Assembly (NCBI GenBank): GCA_951406725.2
Contig: OX597824.1
Location: forward strand, 72,168,001-72,232,000
Direction: 5' to 3'
Length of the DNA stretch: 64,000 nucleotides
From: Octopus vulgaris
Taxonomy: Eukaryota
The position numbers were made by a program, and so were the translations under genes. Of the stretch, positions 63,621 to 64,000 are shown piece after piece. A model generated the notes under the pieces. The model was not told the DNA's origin, ran no database searches, and saw only the letters and a list, made by a program, of their open reading frames with translations. The first letter of the stretch is position 1. The number at the start of each line of letters is the position of its first letter.

Positions 63621-64000
63621 CTCACCCACATGGCAGGGATCTTTCAGTTTCTATCTACCAAATCCACCCACAAGACTTTGGTTGGCTGGAGGTTATTGTA
63701 TAAGACACTTACCCTAGGTAGCATGCAGTGGGACTGAACCCAAAATGAAGAACATTTTCCTATACTACATTATTCTACATGAGCCAACAAGGAAGCTGCT
63801 TTGTGGTTGTTTGACCTGCTAGAAATAAATCATATATTCAAATTACACCAAACAAAATGCTTTTTAGTAATTAGTTATGGCTCTTACATTCAAATCCTAC
63901 TTAAGGTCTACTTTCTCTTTTATCTTTCTTATGGTCAATTAAATTTGAGCCTTGTGCCTATGTTAGAAATCAATATTTAATCCACCTCTATGATTCAGTA

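Noticed and set aside
56471-64000. Next LMO7 exon (expected V.IT.YWLG) and the preceding exon (expected PIAGL) before 13400
   Set aside because: Not found by eye; probably outside the window.

Overview
This is AT-rich, repeat-dense eukaryotic DNA. The SINE, LINE and microsatellite content suggests a cephalopod, probably Octopus (inference). The window appears to lie entirely inside one + strand gene. Two short coding exons (13400-13512 and 56428-56470) splice in frame to give DNVNVFLEACRNTFGLTNTQLFDSCELQDLSQRAIADKTTHLKEENDRRLRN, the C-terminal half of an LMO7/LIMCH1-type calponin-homology (CH) domain, split by a 42.9-kb intron. Apart from a few mariner/LINE remnants, the ORF track is microsatellite or SINE artefact. 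The rest of the window is tRNA-derived SINEs, RTE/CR1/Tx1/Dong LINE 3' ends, mariner derivatives, pogo- and piggyBac-type MITEs and Helentron-type elements. Highlights: (1) at least five type-I hammerhead ribozyme motifs, unrelated outside the core, with long stem II and (near-)palindromic stem III. The two best preserved sit 240-270 nt downstream of the two coding exons, and one is enclosed in a 43-bp inverted repeat. (2) A chain of candidate micro/cassette exons whose phases can combine in frame inside the CH domain. (3) A consensus recursive-splice (AG|GTGAGT) site. (4) Fold-back and inverted SINE structures that could be A-to-I editing substrates. All calls were made by eye; element boundaries are approximate unless TIRs or splice sites are quoted.
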